DNA of 61,350 bases from Atribacterota bacterium. GTDB taxonomy: Bacteria; Atribacterota; Phoenicimicrobiia; Phoenicimicrobiales; Phoenicimicrobiaceae. The stretch spans positions 1 to 61,350 of the forward strand of contig JBBRDV010000003.1 in NCBI GenBank assembly GCA_038203565.1, in the 5' to 3' direction. Position 1 is the first letter of the stretch; each line of letters opens with the position of its first letter. Of this stretch, positions 29,657 to 39,537 are shown piece after piece. The notes under the pieces are model-generated. The model ran no database searches, was not told where the DNA came from, and was given only the letters and a program-made list of their open reading frames with translations. The position numbers and the translations under genes are program-made.

Positions 29657-30807
29657 TGCTTTATCTCCTCCCCAATCTTCCCTAATATCTCTATAGGATT
29701 AATTAATTCACCATCTACTCGATTATAAGGTACAACCCGACATTTTCCTTGAGCAGCTCTCTCTACTTCTAAAACCATTTGACCTAAATTCATTTCCGGA
29801 ACTATAATTAAATCTACCTGTTGAGCCAACCTATTTACTTCTTCAAAACAGAAAGGCCAAATAGTCAATAACTTTAATAGACCTACTTTTAACCCTTCTT
29901 CTCGTGCTAGTTTTACTGCTCTCTCAGCAGCTCTTGCCACTGAACCATAGGCAATTAAAGCAATTTTTGCATCATCTAAAGAATATTTTTCGTAAATTAT
30001 TATATCTTTAATATTCTTCTGAATCTTATTATGTAAACGCCTTATAAAAGCATCTATTTCTTGGGAGTTAGAAGTAGGTAAACCTTTATAATTATGAATC
30101 AAACCGGTTATATGATAACGGTATCCTTCTCCAAAGTTGGCCATAGGAGGAACTCCGTCTTCATCAGGCTTAAAGGGTAAATATTTTTCAGGGAGAACAG
30201 TAGGTTTTTTTCGGTTTATCACTTCAATGTCTTCCAGAGCAGGTATCTCTACCTTTTCCCGCATATGGGCGATTACTTCGTCAAGAAGTAAAATGACTGG
30301 TATTCTATATTTTTCACTAAAATTAAATGCTTTGATAGTTAAGGTAAGTATCTCATGAACGGTGGAAGGGGCGAGGGCTATAATAGGATGATCTCCATGA
30401 GTTCCCCATCTTGCCTGCATCATATCACCCTGAGATGGTTTAGTAGGTAATCCGGTACTCGGCCCTCCTCTTTGAGCGTTAACTACTACACAGGGTATTT
30501 CGTTAATAATAGCAAAACCTAAATTTTCTTGTTTCAAGCACATTCCGGGACCCGAAGTAGCAGTCAGAGATTTTAGCCCAGCTATAGAAGCCCCAATTAC
30601 TGCTGCCATACTGGCAATTTCATCCTCCATCTGTATAAATTTCCCGCCAATTTTAGGTAATTTACGCGCCATATTTTCAGCTATCTCTGAAGAGGGAGTT
30701 ATGGGATAACCGGCAAAAAATTTAACTCCGGCTAATAATGCTCCTTCGGCACAGGCTTCATTTCCTTGTAATAATTTTATATTTTTTTTCTTTTCTAAAT
30801 TATTCAT
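29653..30807 (-). CDS. korA: 2-oxoacid:ferredoxin oxidoreductase alpha subunit
   Basis: GYPITPS, QMEDEI, ATSGPG, QRGGPSTG and PEMNLGQ motifs. Confidence 0.92.
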   Translation of the reverse strand: MNNLEKKKNIKLLQGNEACAEGALLAGVKFFAGYPITPSSEIAENMARKLPKIGGKFIQMEDEIASMAAVIGASIAGLKSLTATSGPGMCLKQENLGFAIINEIPCVVVNAQRGGPSTGLPTKPSQGDMMQARWGTHGDHPIIALAPSTVHEILTLTIKAFNFSEKYRIPVILLLDEVIAHMREKVEIPALEDIEVINRKKPTVLPEKYLPFKPDEDGVPPMANFGEGYRYHITGLIHNYKGLPTSNSQEIDAFIRRLHNKIQKNIKDIIIYEKYSLDDAKIALIAYGSVARAAERAVKLAREEGLKVGLLKLLTIWPFCFEEVNRLAQQVDLIIVPEMNLGQMVLEVERAAQGKCRVVPYNRVDGELINPIEILGKIGEEIKQ

Positions 30808-31042
30808 CTTTCTCTTTCACTCCTTCTACTTTAATAGCAAAATCCGGACATCTCAATTCACAAAGGCCGCATTTTATACAAGCATCAATATTTTCAGGGA
30901 TGGGTTTCTCCTGATCATCAGGGACTAATACATCCTTAGGACAAAATTCAACACAGATACCGCATGATTTACACCATTCTCTGCGAACTGATATCTTTAC
31001 TGAATTATTTTGATAAACTTCAAATAATTTTTCCTGCTTCAT
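30800..31042 (-). CDS. korD: 2-oxoacid:ferredoxin oxidoreductase delta subunit (2x[4Fe-4S])
   Basis: CKSCGICVEFCP and CIKCGLCELRCP. Confidence 0.92.
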   Translation of the reverse strand: MKQEKLFEVYQNNSVKISVRREWCKSCGICVEFCPKDVLVPDDQEKPIPENIDACIKCGLCELRCPDFAIKVEGVKEKDE

Positions 31043-31047
31043 TTCTT

Positions 31048-32037
31048 TTATAATATGCCTCCTTCTCTTTTAATGTCTAAAATGGCTAATTTTAACATAC
31101 TCATAGAACCTTTATCGGGAATATAAACAAACTCAATGAGGGGAATTTGAAGAGAAATTAATTTTTCTACTTCTTTCTTTCTTCCAGGAGAAGTTATTAC
31201 TATATCTGTGTTAATCAAAAATTTCTTTACTTCATCTTTATCATGAGAGATGGTAAATTTAAAGCTTGAGAATTTTATTCCTGCCTGTTTTATAGATTGG
31301 AAAACCCTTTGGGCAAATTTATCGGTAATGCATACCAAACCAATACTTTTCTCTTTGGAAGATAAATGAGCAATATTTACCATGGTTTCCATTAAGGGAT
31401 CTAAGGCAATGGCGAGAACCCTCTGTTTTTGATCGGCAAGAAATTTTTTAACTTCATCAGAGTGAAAAAAGGTAGTAACTACTAAATCTATAGATTTGAT
31501 TTTTTCTCTAAAAATATCTGGTTCTTTATAGATCTCATCTATTAAGATGGGAATTATGGAAATGCCTGTTCCTAATTCTATCCCTTTGGAAAAAAAATAC
31601 AATTGTTCCTGATTACATTCAATAAAAGCGATATTAATATTTTTTAATAATTTTTCTTTTTCTTTTATTTTATTATTTACTATTTTTTTAAACTCACCTA
31701 ACTCAAAATTTAACTCGAGGGCTTCATTAATAGTAACATCGATAATTTCTTCTATTTTTGATAGATTATTATTCATTTTAGATTTGGTAGGCTTAGAGGT
31801 TTTCGGATTAGGAAAAGTTCCCCGCCCCGGGATAGATAATATTATATCCTCCAAGACTAATTCTTTGTAGGCCATACTTACTGTATTTCTGCTAACCTGC
31901 AAACTTTCTGATAAATCTCTTTCGGTAGGCAGTTGCTCCCCTTCCTTTAAATTTCCATCTTCTAACAATTTCTTAATCTGGTGTTTTATCTGGATATATA
32001 AAGGAATCCCACTCTTCTTATCAATCTCAATTTTCAT
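31048..32037 (-). CDS. GntR-family transcriptional regulator with a long C-terminal effector domain
   Basis: PLYIQI...LPTERDLS...VSRNTVSMAY...GRGTF winged HTH; C-terminal TTFFH motif. Confidence 0.9.
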   Translation of the reverse strand: MKIEIDKKSGIPLYIQIKHQIKKLLEDGNLKEGEQLPTERDLSESLQVSRNTVSMAYKELVLEDIILSIPGRGTFPNPKTSKPTKSKMNNNLSKIEEIIDVTINEALELNFELGEFKKIVNNKIKEKEKLLKNINIAFIECNQEQLYFFSKGIELGTGISIIPILIDEIYKEPDIFREKIKSIDLVVTTFFHSDEVKKFLADQKQRVLAIALDPLMETMVNIAHLSSKEKSIGLVCITDKFAQRVFQSIKQAGIKFSSFKFTISHDKDEVKKFLINTDIVITSPGRKKEVEKLISLQIPLIEFVYIPDKGSMSMLKLAILDIKREGGIL

Positions 32038-32077
32038 AAAAGACTTCCTCTTTAAAAAGATAAATTTTTATTCTAAT

Positions 32078-32140
32078 ATTGGACTAATGGACTGATTGAT
32101 TAATCTTTTTAAATAATACCATATATTTTTAGAAAAGCAA
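32078..32140 (-). promoter_or_regulatory. Promoter of the gntR-kor operon with downstream 8-bp direct repeats (candidate operator)
   Basis: TTGCTT, 16 nt spacer, TATTAT with TG extension; AGTCCA repeated at an 8-bp period at 32080-32093. Confidence 0.5.
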
Positions 32141-32170
32141 TAAATTTTTCCTTATTTTTTGCCTTGAAAC

Positions 32171-32209
32171 AAAAAAAATGGGGAGACAATTCTAAACCTA
32201 TCTCCCCAT
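32171..32209 (-). terminator. Intrinsic terminator after the cyclodeaminase gene
   Basis: Minus strand AUGGGGAGAUA...UGUCUCCCCAU followed by a U run. Confidence 0.8.
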
Positions 32210-32269
32210 ACAGTAAACTATTTATTAATTTTTATTTTAACTTGACCTTAATCTTCGAAGTATCTCTTT

Positions 32270-32896
32270 TTATTCTATTTTCCCTTCTACTATTTCTAAT
32301 ACTTTTTCCTTCTGACCTTTTTCTTTAAATAATATTTCTTTTATAAAAGAGGAAAGTTCTGTTCTTACTTTCTCATCTTTAATCATTCTCAAATTTATCT
32401 TCACATTTAATATGGCACTCTCCAATGCTGCTTCTGCCATTAAGACAGCGACTCCCGCATCGCTTACCACATTAATGTTACCTTTTTCAGCAACCTCTTT
32501 AGAAAGACATAGTATGTCCAGACATTTGTAAGCTACTTTAAGAGGAACTTTTGCTGCTTTAATTAGTGATTCTTGCATCTTCTCTGCCCTTATCTTTTTT
32601 TCGTCTTCAGTCTCATTAGGCATCTTGTAAGTAGCCATAAAATTATTAAAAACTTTAACATCCTCTTCTATTAGTTGACTTAATTCATAGCGCAATTTTT
32701 CCGAAGAGCTTATAATTTTCTTAATATCTTCTTCTACATCTTCATATTTCTTCTTGCCTATCGTTAAATTGCCAACCATAGAAATTAAAGCTGCTCCCAG
32801 TGCACCAGCTAATGCAGCTACACTCCCACCACCAGGAGTTGGTGAATTAGAAGCTAATTCGTCCAAAAAATTGTTAATTTTTTTGTCGATTAACAT
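32270..32896 (-). CDS. Formiminotetrahydrofolate cyclodeaminase / cyclohydrolase family
   Basis: LASNSPTPGGGSVAAL, GNINVVSDAGVA and NVKINL motifs. Confidence 0.9.
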   Translation of the reverse strand: MLIDKKINNFLDELASNSPTPGGGSVAALAGALGAALISMVGNLTIGKKKYEDVEEDIKKIISSSEKLRYELSQLIEEDVKVFNNFMATYKMPNETEDEKKIRAEKMQESLIKAAKVPLKVAYKCLDILCLSKEVAEKGNINVVSDAGVAVLMAEAALESAILNVKINLRMIKDEKVRTELSSFIKEILFKEKGQKEKVLEIVEGKIE

Positions 32897-32966
32897 TAAT
32901 CTACCTCCTTAATTTATTCGTATATAGCTTTAAGTTCCTTGCGATATATGATATGCGATATACGCT

Positions 32967-33359
32967 TTATTTTATCAATTCAGGATTTTCGTTTTTTATA
33001 TATTCTATTAATTTAGTTAAATCAATAGTATTAATTAATACCTTTCTGCCCTTCCACCCCCTCATAAAATATACTATAGATTTTTCTGCACCCTCTCTAA
33101 TCTCTACAGAGTCCATTTCTTTAAAATTAAGTCTATCTTTTCTTTTCATTAAAAATAAAGTCGTAGTAGTTATCACTATTCCTTTATTATTAATAATTAT
33201 TTCAGTTTTATTAGACACAACCAATATAAAGAAGAAACCTAAAACTAATAAAATGATTTGATGGCTGATAACCCCCCATATTATTAAAATAACTCCCACC
33301 AATAAAGAAGAATATTCCAACCACTTCTTGGTTTCTTTAGGATTATAAGTTTTAATCAT
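32967..33359 (-). CDS. Hypothetical membrane protein (2 TM plus a predicted bacterial PH-like beta domain)
   Basis: Strong SD (AAGGAGGGGAG); two hydrophobic helices followed by a beta-rich domain. Confidence 0.7.
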   Translation of the reverse strand: MIKTYNPKETKKWLEYSSLLVGVILIIWGVISHQIILLVLGFFFILVVSNKTEIIINNKGIVITTTTLFLMKRKDRLNFKEMDSVEIREGAEKSIVYFMRGWKGRKVLINTIDLTKLIEYIKNENPELIK

Positions 33360-33528
33360 TCTCCCCTCCTTTAAGCTAATGCACTGGTTTGCCGGTAGCC
33401 AGTTTGCCTGTTAACCGTTTGAATAATTAATGAAAAGATGAGAAGAAGTAACCAACCCGTATCAACAACAGCTCAAGAACCATTATTTGTTACTTGTGGA
33501 TGAATTTGCCCTACCTTAGCTATATAAT

Positions 33529-34630
33529 TTAATCTTTTTTCTTGCTCTTTAAATAGGCTTCAATAAAGCAATTGATTTCGCCATCCATAATTGCCTTTAA
33601 ATTTCCGCTTTCCACTTCTGTCCGATGGTCTTTCACCATCTGATAGGGGTGAAATACATAAGAACGTATCTGGCTTCCCCAGGCAATGTCTTTCTTTTTG
33701 CCTCTAACCTCTTTTAAATCTTTTTCTTTTTCTTGCTGGTAATTTTCAAACAATCTTGCCCGTAAAATTTTCATTGCTGTCATTTTGTTACTGTATTGAG
33801 ATCTTTCATTTTGGCATTGTACTACAATATTGGTGGGCAAATGGGTTATTCTTACCGCAGAATCAGTGGTGTTAACATGCTGACCCCCTGCTCCTGTGGC
33901 TCGATAAGTATCTATCCTTAAATCTGATTCCTTAATCTCAATCTCTACTTCTTGATCAATTTCAGGGATAACCTCCACCGAGGCAAAAGAAGTGTGTCTT
34001 CTTCTGTTAGCATCAAACGGAGAAATTCTAACCAGACGATGTATTCCTTTTTCTGCTTTTAAATATCCAAAAGCATGGTTTCCATTAATAGTGAAAGTAA
34101 CATTCTTTATCCCGGCTTCCTCACCGGGTGAGATCTCTATTATCCTGGTGATATACCCATTTTTCTCTGACCATCTCAGATACATCCTCAGTAACATTTC
34201 AGCCCAATCCTGAGATTCTGTGCCACCGGCACCTGATCGAATGGTAACTATAGCATTATTAGTATCATATTTACCATCAAACAAAACAATTAATTCTTTT
34301 TTTTCAATATTTTTTTCTAAAACCTTTACTTTTTGCTCTATCTCTTCCCAAATTTCTTTCCTGTCTTCGTCCAGATTGAGCTCTAAGAGTATTACTAATT
34401 CTTCTAAGTTGTCTTTTAACTCCTTAAATTCGCCTATAGTGTTTTTTAGTTCCTTAACTTTTTTAGTAACCTCCTGGGCATTTTCTTGATCAGACCAGAA
34501 AGATCCTTGGGACATTTCTTTTTCTATTTTTTTTACTTCGCTCTCTTTTTCAGATAAGTCAAAGATAAGTCCCCATTTCGTCAATTTTTTTACGAAGTTG
34601 CTCCAGCTTATTTTGTAATTCCTCTATCAT
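33529..34630 (-). CDS. prfB: Peptide chain release factor 2 with programmed +1 frameshift (about 366 aa)
   Basis: ORF1 [23 protein letters not shown] ends in CTT TGA C (34564-34558); the +1 frame continues DLSEKE...; SPF and GGQ motifs present. Confidence 0.96.
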
Positions 34631-34813
34631 TTTAGCTGCCTTCCTTTCTATTTCCTACTTCTCTTAATTTTAATCTTTTAGTGCTGGTAAATTTTTCTCA
34701 CTTTTACTTAAAATAAAATTAGATTACTTCGCCATTAAAATTCTGATAAATAATTTAATTTATAATTTTTCCATTAGGCGAAATAATCGCAAAAAGATTT
34801 TTATCTAATTGTA

Positions 34814-37366
34814 TTATGTATTTTTTCCGCAACAATGTTTATACTTTAATCCACTACCACAAGAGCAAGGGTCATTTCTCCCTATCTTTTTCTTCTTTTG
34901 CCCTTTTTCTTCTTCTAATCCTTTCCTTTTAATAAAAGGTGATTTTTTTGTTTGACTGCTAACTATAGGAGCAGGTGTTTCTCTTCTTTCCTGGCGAGCC
35001 CCTTGAGACTCTTCTTTTTTAAGCTTGACTTTATAAATAAATTTTACTACTTCTTCTTTTATACTGCTGATCATTTCTTGAAACATATTGTGGGCTTCAA
35101 AATGATATTCCATCAAAGGGTCTTTCTGTCCATAGGCCCTTAGACCTATGCCCTGTTTTAATTCATCTAAACGTCGTAGATTATCTTTCCATTCCCGATC
35201 TACCACCCGAAGAACAATCATCGTTTCAATTTGTCTCATCAAAGGTGCTGTAAATTCTTTTTCCTGTAATTCATATATTTCAAAAGCTTTTTCTGTTAAA
35301 ATGTCCTGTAATTTAGGGACAGATAACTTAGGGATTTCTTCCTTGGGAATAATCAATGAAATAGAGAAGATTTGCATACAATGATCTTTAAGCCCTGACC
35401 AATCCCATTCTTCAGGATAAATTTCTTTATTGATATAATTCTTCAAGATATTTTCGATAGTGTCTTTTGACATTTCGCAAATATGTTCTTTAACATCTTT
35501 GCTCTCTAATACCATCCTCCGTTGTTCGTAGATTACCTTCCTCTGGTATTCCATTTCATTATCAAAATCTAAAAGCTGTTTTCTTATCTCAAAATTTCTT
35601 CCCTCTACTTTTTTCTGAGCATTCTCTATCGATCTGGTAACTAAAGGATGCTCAATGGGAATATCTTCCTCCATACCTAGCTTTTCCATAATTCCAGAAA
35701 TCCGATCAGAACCAAAGAGCCGCATGAGGTCATCTTCTAAAGAAAGAAAAAAACGAGAAGACCCGGGGTCACCCTGTCTTCCTGATCTACCTCTTAACTG
35801 ATTATCAATACGCCTGCTTTCATGTCTTTCCGTTCCAATTACATGCAAACCTCCCAATTTAGCTACCCCTTCACCCAAGACAATATCAGTTCCTCGTCCA
35901 GCCATATTAGTAGAAATAGTTACATTCCTTCCTTGCCCTGCTTTAGCTACAATCTCTGCTTCTCTTTCGTGATTTTTTGCATTCAAGACATTGTGTTCAA
36001 TATTCTCTTTTTTTAATAATCTACTTAGTTTTTCTGATTTATCAATCGATACTGTTCCTACTAAAATAGGCCTTCCCATCTTGTGAACTTCAACTATCTC
36101 TTTGATAACTGCTTTAAACTTTTCTATTTCAGTCCTATAGATAACATCTGTATAATGATGTCTGTTTAATTTTTTATTAGGAGGTATAACCACTACCGGT
36201 AGATTGTAGATATGGATAAATTCCTCTTCTTCAGTCTTGGCAGTACCGGTCATACCACTAAGTTTCTTGTATAATCTAAAATAATTCTGGAAAGTTATAG
36301 TAGCCAAGGTCTGATTTTCCCGAGCGACTACTACCCCTTCTTTTGCCTCAATAGCCTGATGAAGTCCATCACTGTATCTTCTCCCAAACATTAATCTTCC
36401 AGTAAATTCATCTACAATGATCACCTCTCCATTTTTTACTATATAATCAACATCTCTTTTAAATAATTTTTGTGACTTTAAGGCTTGAATAATATGATGT
36501 TGTACATTTATATTTTTCTCATCATATAGATTATTTATCTGCAACAACCCTTCGATGCGGCTAACCCCTTCTTCTGTTATAGTAATCGTCTTTTCCTTTT
36601 CATATATTTTGTAATCTGCCTCTTTCTGTAATTGAGTAGCAATTTTGTTTGCTTGCTGGTACATTTTGGTCGACTCCTCAGAAGGACCAGAAATAATCAA
36701 AGGAGTCCTGGCTTCATCGACTAAAATACTATCCACTTCGTCAACAATAGCAAAATGATAACCTTTTTGAACCACATCTTCCAGACGAACTGCCATATTA
36801 TCTCTTAAGTAATCAAAACCAAATTCATTATTAGTCCCATAGGTTATATCTGCTTCATAAGCTTCCTTCCGTTCATCGATTCTCATGTCATGCTGGATTA
36901 AACCTACTTTTAATCCTAAGGACTCGTAAATTCCACCCATCCAATATCTATCCCTTTTAGCCAAGTAATCATTTACAGTAACGATATGTACACTTTCACC
37001 ATTTAAGGCATTTAGGTAAGCGGGCATGGTAGCCACTAAAGTTTTACCTTCTCCGGTAGCCATCTCGGCAATCTTTCCCTGATGCAATACAATCCCTCCA
37101 ATAAGTTGAACATCGAAAGGCCTCATCTTGGTAACTCGTTTAGCTGCTTCCCGAACAACTGCGAAAACTTCAGGGAGAATATCATCCAGAGTTTCCCCTT
37201 TGTCTAGTCTCTCTCTAAATTCAGGAGTCTTGTTTTTTAATTCCTCATCATTTAATTTTAAAATATCTGATTCGAAACTATTAATCTTTTCTATAATAGG
37301 TTGCAGTCTTTTTAATTCCTTTTCGTCAGGGTCACCAAATATCTTTTTGGTCCAATCAAACATCAT
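34814..37366 (-). CDS. secA: Protein translocase subunit SecA (start at ATG 37366/37363)
   Basis: [21 protein letters not shown] and C-terminal [19 protein letters not shown] motifs. Confidence 0.97.
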   Translation of the reverse strand: MMFDWTKKIFGDPDEKELKRLQPIIEKINSFESDILKLNDEELKNKTPEFRERLDKGETLDDILPEVFAVVREAAKRVTKMRPFDVQLIGGIVLHQGKIAEMATGEGKTLVATMPAYLNALNGESVHIVTVNDYLAKRDRYWMGGIYESLGLKVGLIQHDMRIDERKEAYEADITYGTNNEFGFDYLRDNMAVRLEDVVQKGYHFAIVDEVDSILVDEARTPLIISGPSEESTKMYQQANKIATQLQKEADYKIYEKEKTITITEEGVSRIEGLLQINNLYDEKNINVQHHIIQALKSQKLFKRDVDYIVKNGEVIIVDEFTGRLMFGRRYSDGLHQAIEAKEGVVVARENQTLATITFQNYFRLYKKLSGMTGTAKTEEEEFIHIYNLPVVVIPPNKKLNRHHYTDVIYRTEIEKFKAVIKEIVEVHKMGRPILVGTVSIDKSEKLSRLLKKENIEHNVLNAKNHEREAEIVAKAGQGRNVTISTNMAGRGTDIVLGEGVAKLGGLHVIGTERHESRRIDNQLRGRSGRQGDPGSSRFFLSLEDDLMRLFGSDRISGIMEKLGMEEDIPIEHPLVTRSIENAQKKVEGRNFEIRKQLLDFDNEMEYQRKVIYEQRRMVLESKDVKEHICEMSKDTIENILKNYINKEIYPEEWDWSGLKDHCMQIFSISLIIPKEEIPKLSVPKLQDILTEKAFEIYELQEKEFTAPLMRQIETMIVLRVVDREWKDNLRRLDELKQGIGLRAYGQKDPLMEYHFEAHNMFQEMISSIKEEVVKFIYKVKLKKEESQGARQERRETPAPIVSSQTKKSPFIKRKGLEEEKGQKKKKIGRNDPCSCGSGLKYKHCCGKNT

Positions 37367-37387
37367 TAGTAATTCCTTCCTCATTAC

Positions 37388-37412
37388 GGGCAGACACAAG
37401 GTCTGCCCCTAC
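37388..37412 (-). repeat. REP GTAGGGGCAGACCTTGTGTCTGCCC
   Basis: Exact copy of the 25-mer. Confidence 0.85.
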
Positions 37413-37447
37413 TTTTTATTTCTATTTTACGCGATACTCGATACTAA

Positions 37448-38014
37448 TTAGGTTTCTGGATTCAGTTCTTTTTTCAACATTGCATTTTGAAATAAACTAA
37501 ATACTCCAAAAAACATTAAAAAATCTCCAAAGCTTACTACTGAAGGATCGGGAAAGGGGGACGGTAAAGGAATAACATCTGCTAAAAATCTAAATAAGGT
37601 TTTTTCAGTTATCAGAGTATGAGTAACATAGGTACCTTCTTTTAATACCAGGGCAAAATCATTTAATCCTGCTTTATATAAACTGCTCAATAATACCGGC
37701 ATATGACCGCCATTTACTACAATAACTATAAAATTAAAGATTATCCCCAAAGAGATAAAATTTATTCCTTTTAAATTTTTATTATACCAGACTGCTAATA
37801 GGAGCACAATATAAGAGAAAATTATCATATAAGAACTGTAATCAAGAATAAATTTAATTTTTTTTGATCCCAGAAAGATCAATCCAGCTTGAATTAAGCA
37901 GGCTAATACTATTAATTCTATTCTCATTAGCGAAATCTGACTCAAACTGCTTAATTTACCATTACGAAGCAGTCCTATTATAATAGAAATAATTATTATG
38001 TAGACATATAACAT
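37448..38014 (-). CDS. DUF5317-like multi-pass membrane protein
   Basis: About 5 hydrophobic segments; NGGHMPV, THTL, FLADVI and SFGDFLM motifs (family recalled, not searched); starts immediately after the HD-GYP stop. Confidence 0.75.
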   Translation of the reverse strand: MLYVYIIIISIIIGLLRNGKLSSLSQISLMRIELIVLACLIQAGLIFLGSKKIKFILDYSSYMIIFSYIVLLLAVWYNKNLKGINFISLGIIFNFIVIVVNGGHMPVLLSSLYKAGLNDFALVLKEGTYVTHTLITEKTLFRFLADVIPLPSPFPDPSVVSFGDFLMFFGVFSLFQNAMLKKELNPET

Positions 38015-39253
38015 TTATTTTTCTCTTTCTCTATCAAGAACCGAAATAAGAGCTTTAACTACTTCGGGATCAAACTGTTTCCCGGATTGGTCCTTTAGCT
38101 CCTTTAATATTTTATCTTTATTTAACTTTTTTCTGTAAGGACGATCAGAACCCATGGCATCATAAGCATCGGCTACGGCAATTATTCGAGCTAATATAGG
38201 TATATCTTCACTCTTTATTCCATCCGGATAACCTTTGCCATTATACTTTTCATGGTGATGATAAATCGCCTGATAAGAATTTTTCAAAAAATCTACCGGT
38301 TCTATAATCTTAGCTCCCATAATAGGATGTTCTTTTATTTTATCGAACTCCTCATTAGTTAAACTACTATTCTTGCCTAAGATGTTATCCGCTATGCCAA
38401 TCTTTCCTATATCATGCAGTAAAGCAGTATATTCTATATTCTCAATGTCCCGACCGGGCAAATTCAATTCTTTAGCTATAGCTATAGAGGTTTCCGACAC
38501 TCTTTCTGAGTGACCTTTAGTGTAAGGGTCTTTGGCATCGATAGCCGCTGCTAAAGCTCGGATAGTATCCAGGTATACTTTGCGCATTTTAGTATATAAT
38601 TCAAAAGAACTACGAGCCAACATTAAAGGAAGAAAGAATAACAAAATACCCAATACTCCAGCTTGTACATATATAACAGCCATAAGAAAACCAAGAGGGG
38701 CTTCTGCTATATAACTAGGTAATATCCCTTTAAAGTTGATTCGCCAAACTGCAGTAATCCTACCCCCTTGGGATAAGGATATAACTATAGAAACTAATAT
38801 TAAATTTATAAGACAGTAAGAAAAGGCGCATAAGGTAGCAGGTAATAAATATTTAAAAAAGTTTTGAAAACCTACAATTCCCCCAATATATTGATAAGTG
38901 AGTCCTGCTATTCCAACAGATAAAGCATATTGAGAGGCATTGAAAACTATTTTGTACCAAGAATTTTTTTTCTCTAATATTTCATGAATAACCGCACTGA
39001 TAGCAGAAATCAACATTGCTAAAGCTGGACCATATACCAAAATTACCACAAAGTCTACAGGAAAACCGATGGAAATGCTCCCTACCATAGGTAAATCAAC
39101 TGGTATAAATTCAACAAAGACAGATAGAATAAGAAAAAAAGCAAATATTACCCATATATTAGGAATTAAAAATAGTTCAGGGAACAAATATATAAATAGA
39201 GCCATAGCTAAAATAGCTACCACAGCAACGTATACTTTTAGTTTTACAGGCAA
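38015..39253 (-). CDS. HD-GYP cyclic-dinucleotide phosphodiesterase with an N-terminal multi-TM sensor
   Basis: About 220 hydrophobic residues, then DAKDPYTKGHSERV, LLHDIGK, HHEKYNGKGYP and VADAYDAM; TTG start after GGAGG. Confidence 0.92.
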   Translation of the reverse strand: MPVKLKVYVAVVAILAMALFIYLFPELFLIPNIWVIFAFFLILSVFVEFIPVDLPMVGSISIGFPVDFVVILVYGPALAMLISAISAVIHEILEKKNSWYKIVFNASQYALSVGIAGLTYQYIGGIVGFQNFFKYLLPATLCAFSYCLINLILVSIVISLSQGGRITAVWRINFKGILPSYIAEAPLGFLMAVIYVQAGVLGILLFFLPLMLARSSFELYTKMRKVYLDTIRALAAAIDAKDPYTKGHSERVSETSIAIAKELNLPGRDIENIEYTALLHDIGKIGIADNILGKNSSLTNEEFDKIKEHPIMGAKIIEPVDFLKNSYQAIYHHHEKYNGKGYPDGIKSEDIPILARIIAVADAYDAMGSDRPYRKKLNKDKILKELKDQSGKQFDPEVVKALISVLDREREK

Positions 39254-39275
39254 ATTACTTCCTCCAATAAATAAT

Positions 39276-39534
39276 AAAAATTAGGTCAGTAAGCCTTTGT
39301 TTTATTTCAATTTATATTACCATCTAACTTTAGCGCCACCAGCTAATAACAGAGCCATGACACTAATTAACAGGCTGACTAATTTTGCCTTATTAATCTT
39401 CATCTTTAGCACCTCCACGGTATTTATTTGTCTTTTGGACATTTAAAACCGCTTCGCTTCGCTCGATGATATTGCTTGCTACAGCTTTTATTATATTATT
39501 AGTTCTAAATAAGGGCCTCACCGACCTAATTTTT
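39276..39534 (-). other. Long-range RNA helix (about 18-20 bp) enclosing the small peptide ORF
   Basis: mRNA arm AAAAAUUAGGUCGGUGAGGCC (39534-39514) pairs with GGCUUACUGACCUAAUUUUU (39295-39276); deviations are two G.U pairs and one bulge. Confidence 0.7.
39317..39403 (-). CDS. Unannotated 28-aa peptide MKINKAKLVSLLISVMALLLAGGAKVRW
   Basis: SD GGAGGT 7 nt before ATG; basic N-terminus, hydrophobic core, GGA, short Trp-terminated tail; TAA stop. Confidence 0.85.
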   Translation of the reverse strand: MKINKAKLVSLLISVMALLLAGGAKVRW

Positions 39535-39537
39535 TAT

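Noticed and set aside
33529-34630. prfB pseudogene or Sec read-through at the in-frame TGA
   Set aside because: This is the canonical CTT TGA C programmed +1 frameshift.
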